The position numbers and the translations under genes are program-made. DNA of 61,107 bases, filler included. It is 8 parts of 8 records of this genome, joined end to end, with 100 filler letters (N's around TTAATTAATTAA, not from the genome) between each part and the next. Parts side by side here need not be neighbours in the genome. Positions count along the whole stretch, not along the records: positions 56,773 to 61,107 come from SRR7504441_6095; 7 more parts are not named here. One strand, 5' to 3'. Below the pieces are notes generated by a model, which was given only the letters and a program-made list of their open reading frames with translations, ran no database searches and was not told the origin of the DNA. The first letter of the stretch is position 1; each line of letters begins with the position of its first letter. Below, in pieces: positions 58,218 to 61,107 of this stretch.

Positions 58218-59477
58218 ATGGCCACCGAGAAGAACAGGCCGAGTGTGTCGCCTTCGGTGCTGTGACGGGTGGGCCGGCCGGGCCGAGCCGTGGCCAGGTT
58301 GCGCTGCTCTCTGGTGCGATCGCCGGGGCGGCGGTGCCGGCTGCCCAGGCGGCGTCTCAGGCTGTCCAGGTCGACACGTCGCTCTTTCCGATCGACACGC
58401 TCAAGACCCGACTGCAGGCGGCCCCCGAGCCTGGCCCTGCCCTCAGCCCCACCGGCAGTCTCGGAACGGGTTTTGGGCCTCTGGCGGGTTCAGGGGAATC
58501 TACAAGGGGCTGGTGCGCGCCTGGCTGGCTGGCTGGCTGGCTCCAACCTGTGGGCAGTCCTCGGCAGTGATCGGATCGGCCCCGGGCGCAGCACTGTTCT
58601 TTGCCGGCTACGAGGGCGGCCAGGCAGCCTTGTTGGTCCGAGCACGGCTGATCGCCATCCCAGGTGCTGCTCAAGCGGGCGGGGGCTCCCGAGGCGCCCT
58701 GGGTCTACGCGGGGGCTTCCTCGCTCGGCGAGGTGATGGCGTGCCTGGTCCGTGTGCCGACCGAAAACGTCAAGCAGAACATGCAAATAGGTGCAGCTGG
58801 CACGCACGCCAGCCTAGCCGCTGGCCAGGAAAGTACCAGGGCGATAATGCGCTGCGGGCCACGGTGAACGGGCTGATACAGGAGCGCGGGGTGCCCCGTG
58901 ATCCCGATCCGGCTGACTGCCGCAGGTGGGCGGGCTGTGGCGCGGGTACGGGACTACGGTAATGCGCGAAATTCCGTTCTCGGTCATCCAGTTCCCGATC
59001 TTTGAGACGCTTAAAGGTGGATGGGGCCTGAGTTTGCGTGGCGACTCCTTGGCAGGTTGGGTGAGGCAGCGGAAGGGGGGCGATGTCAACGGTATCGAAG
59101 GTGGGCTGTGTGGGTCTCTGGCTGGCGGGTTCGCCGCAGCGGTGCCAGTAGAGCAATTGGAGATTTGAGAGCCCTGCAGGTGACTACGCCATTGGATGTG
59201 GCCAAGACTCGAATCATGCTCGGTGAATCGTCATCCAGCAGCTTTGGCGCTACCATCAAGGAGATCCATGCTGCTGAGGTATCATAGGCTGGTGTACCGT
59301 CGCTTACCGTGGGGAAAGGGCCTGAAGGGGCTATTTGCTGGCGTCGCGCCTCGGGTGTTTTGGATCAGCATTGGCGGGTAGCTGTAAGGGCCCCGGGGCT
59401 GCGAATTGGCGGACAGGTTCGTGTTTCTTGGAGCGTACGAACAGTCCCGACAAGTTTTGAGCCAAGTCACTAAGTAA
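58218..59477 (+). CDS. SLC25A26: Mitochondrial S-adenosylmethionine carrier, multi-exon (GC-AG intron 58418-58458)
   Basis: LFPIDTLKTRLQ|SRNGF..GGFRGIYKGL|..GSAPGAALFF; CLVRVPTENVKQ; REIPFSVIQFPIFE; TTPLDVAKTRIML; PRVFWISIGG. Confidence 0.92.
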
Positions 59478-59792
59478 ACCGCTCGTAAAAAAGTTGATTG
59501 GCTGGGTGCAACGACCGAAGCACATACATCGAGCATCACTTGGCTTGTTACATATATTGGACCTATGCGTCGTACTTGTACGGACGGCAAGATCCAATAA
59601 TTATAAAACGTACTAGCACATTACAATCATGTGCATACGAGTAATATACGAGTAATATAAACTACAATAAAATACATCAAATTTCATACATAATTACGTA
59701 TCAGTCAGACCGGTACATACCAATACAATTTCTGCGGACGACACAGATAGAATCGATCAGCCTAGTCGCTTGATTCATTAGAGCACGCCGAC

Positions 59793-60803
59793 CTACCGGC
59801 TCACGGTGATGTCCTTGCTCTCCAGATCGGCGCAAGCCACGATAGCTGCTGCCCAGCGCGCAAATTTCCACTGACCGAGATCTCCGATCGTCTTCACCTT
59901 CAGTTCAGCAAGGTTATAGTCGCTGTGCTCCGCCAGGCCTTGGAGGGCCGAGGGCGGCAGCTGCACGATCTGCTTCAGGCTCTTGGCCTCGTGCTCTTTG
60001 ACCAGCCCGAAGTTGAGATTGAGCCCCGAGCCTGCCTCCCGATGGCCTTCCTGTTCCCTGGGCGCGAGCTCACAGATCGCCTTGGCCCAACGGAAGTATT
60101 TGTACGTGCCCAGCTCCCTGATGCTGCGGATGCCCAGCCGGGCCAAGTCCTCGTCGCTATGCTCGGCCAGCCCCTGAAGAGCCGACGGCGCCAGTTCGGC
60201 AATCTCGTTGAAGCGCTTGCCTTCATGTGCCTTGTCCACAGCACCAGCAACGTTCATCGCGAAGGAACGTTCCTCGGCGGCCTCGCTCTCTGGGGCACCC
60301 GGCTCTCCCTCGCCGCTCTCGCGAGCCGCCCGGGACTCCTCCTGCCTGGCCTTTTTGCCGGCCCTCTGACGGGCCTGCTTGGCCTTGCGCTTGTCGCGCT
60401 TCTTGTTCACCTTCTCCTCGTGCTCGTTGGCGACCGCCTCCTTCTGCTCGCGGTACTCTTTCTCCTGCTTCTCCCTCTCTGCGTCGCGCCGCATGGCGTT
60501 GAGCCGGAACCCCTCCTTGCGCCGCCAGGCCCGGTACATGTGAAAGTCGCCGCTGCCGGCCCCGGCGCAGCTGCCCATGTAGTTGTTGAACTCCGGGATC
60601 GAGTTGGCGATCTCGTTGATGAACTCCCATTTGTCCTTCACCTCGGCCGCCCGCCCGGTCACGTAGCACTTGACCATACCCTCCTCCGGCTTCTCCTCGG
60701 GCTGCTCGGCCGGGGCACCATCGGGCACCTTGGACCCCATGAAGGCACCCTGCGCCAGCTCATCGCCCAGCACGCCCTCGCGCCGCGGGAAGGGACGAGG
60801 CAT
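59793..60803 (-). CDS. PRKRIP1: PRKRIP1 (DUF1168)-like protein fused to two copies of a ~70-aa domain, intronless
   Basis: IPEFNNYMGSCAGAGSGDFHMYRAWRRKE followed by a charged helix (KKRDKRK); C-terminal repeat PSALQGLAEHSD twice. Confidence 0.8.
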   Translation of the reverse strand: MPRPFPRREGVLGDELAQGAFMGSKVPDGAPAEQPEEKPEEGMVKCYVTGRAAEVKDKWEFINEIANSIPEFNNYMGSCAGAGSGDFHMYRAWRRKEGFRLNAMRRDAEREKQEKEYREQKEAVANEHEEKVNKKRDKRKAKQARQRAGKKARQEESRAARESGEGEPGAPESEAAEERSFAMNVAGAVDKAHEGKRFNEIAELAPSALQGLAEHSDEDLARLGIRSIRELGTYKYFRWAKAICELAPREQEGHREAGSGLNLNFGLVKEHEAKSLKQIVQLPPSALQGLAEHSDYNLAELKVKTIGDLGQWKFARWAAAIVACADLESKDITVSR

Positions 60804-60860
60804 CGCGGTACCAGGCCGGGTGTGCAAGGCAACTCCGAACTCGCGAAAGTCGGTCGAGCT

Positions 60861-61107
60861 ATGCGGGCTCGACCGCATCGCGACCTGGCAGGGCTGCGCG
60901 AGCGGCTGGAGCGGCTGCGGTGGGTGCTGGTGGCGGGGCTGGGAGCGAGCCGGGGCGGGACAGCCAGCCGCAGCCGGGGTCGGAGCTGCAGGAGGTGCAG
61001 AGTCGGTGCTGGGGCCGGCTGCAGCAGGTGCGCGGCCTGAGGGACCGCGGGCGACCGCCGGGCGGCGCAGATAACGCAGGGCTGGTCGGAGTGCCTGGAT
61101 GAGCACC
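60861..61107 (+). CDS. 5' start of an unknown gene, truncated by window end
   Basis: ATG divergent from the PRKRIP1-like gene, followed by a GC-rich GT..CAG intron-like segment. Confidence 0.35.

Noticed and set aside
17498-59477. Alternative genetic code or stop readthrough to explain fragmented conserved genes
   Set aside because: The in-frame stops I traced fall inside short introns, and TAA, TAG and TGA all end genes normally.
1-61107. Intact transposon, viral insertion, tRNA or rRNA gene
   Set aside because: No transposase, reverse transcriptase, integrase, capsid, cloverleaf or rRNA signature was recognised.

Overview
This is eukaryotic (protist-type) DNA, not prokaryotic. Eight unrelated contigs are joined by 100-nt artificial linkers (N-run, TTAATTAATTAA, N-run), so synteny is only meaningful within a contig. 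Genes are dense, and many are split by very short (about 35-50 nt) GC-rich spliceosomal introns, several with GC-AG ends, so the ORF track fragments them. Contig 1 (1-11460) is an internal piece of a giant minus-strand hybrid NRPS / trans-AT PKS: C(part)-A-PCP-KS-DH-KR-ACP-KS(divergent)-ACP-KS-DH(no catalytic Asp)-pseudoKR-C-methyltransferase, open at both ends. Its A domain resembles the beta-alanine/Ebony type. The other contigs carry SET-domain, PARP, beta-lactamase-like, UTP15, PH/ankyrin, cullin-N-terminus/SKP1 fusion, two mitochondrial carrier, EF-hand, TLC-domain, GCN2, RPL11, calmodulin-like, degenerate apyrase, GH79, SDR, UBL-NHL, Sfi1-like, SRP19, CAMK-like kinase, COG2, SHAQKYF-type MYB and PRKRIP1-fusion genes. 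Three genome-scale patterns stand out: almost all genes sit in head-to-head pairs roughly 50-280 bp apart, those spacers are enriched for YAACGG, and non-coding DNA carries many tandem duplications of exactly 11 bp. The lineage cannot be fixed from this window. All calls come from manual translation and motif recognition, with no database searches.
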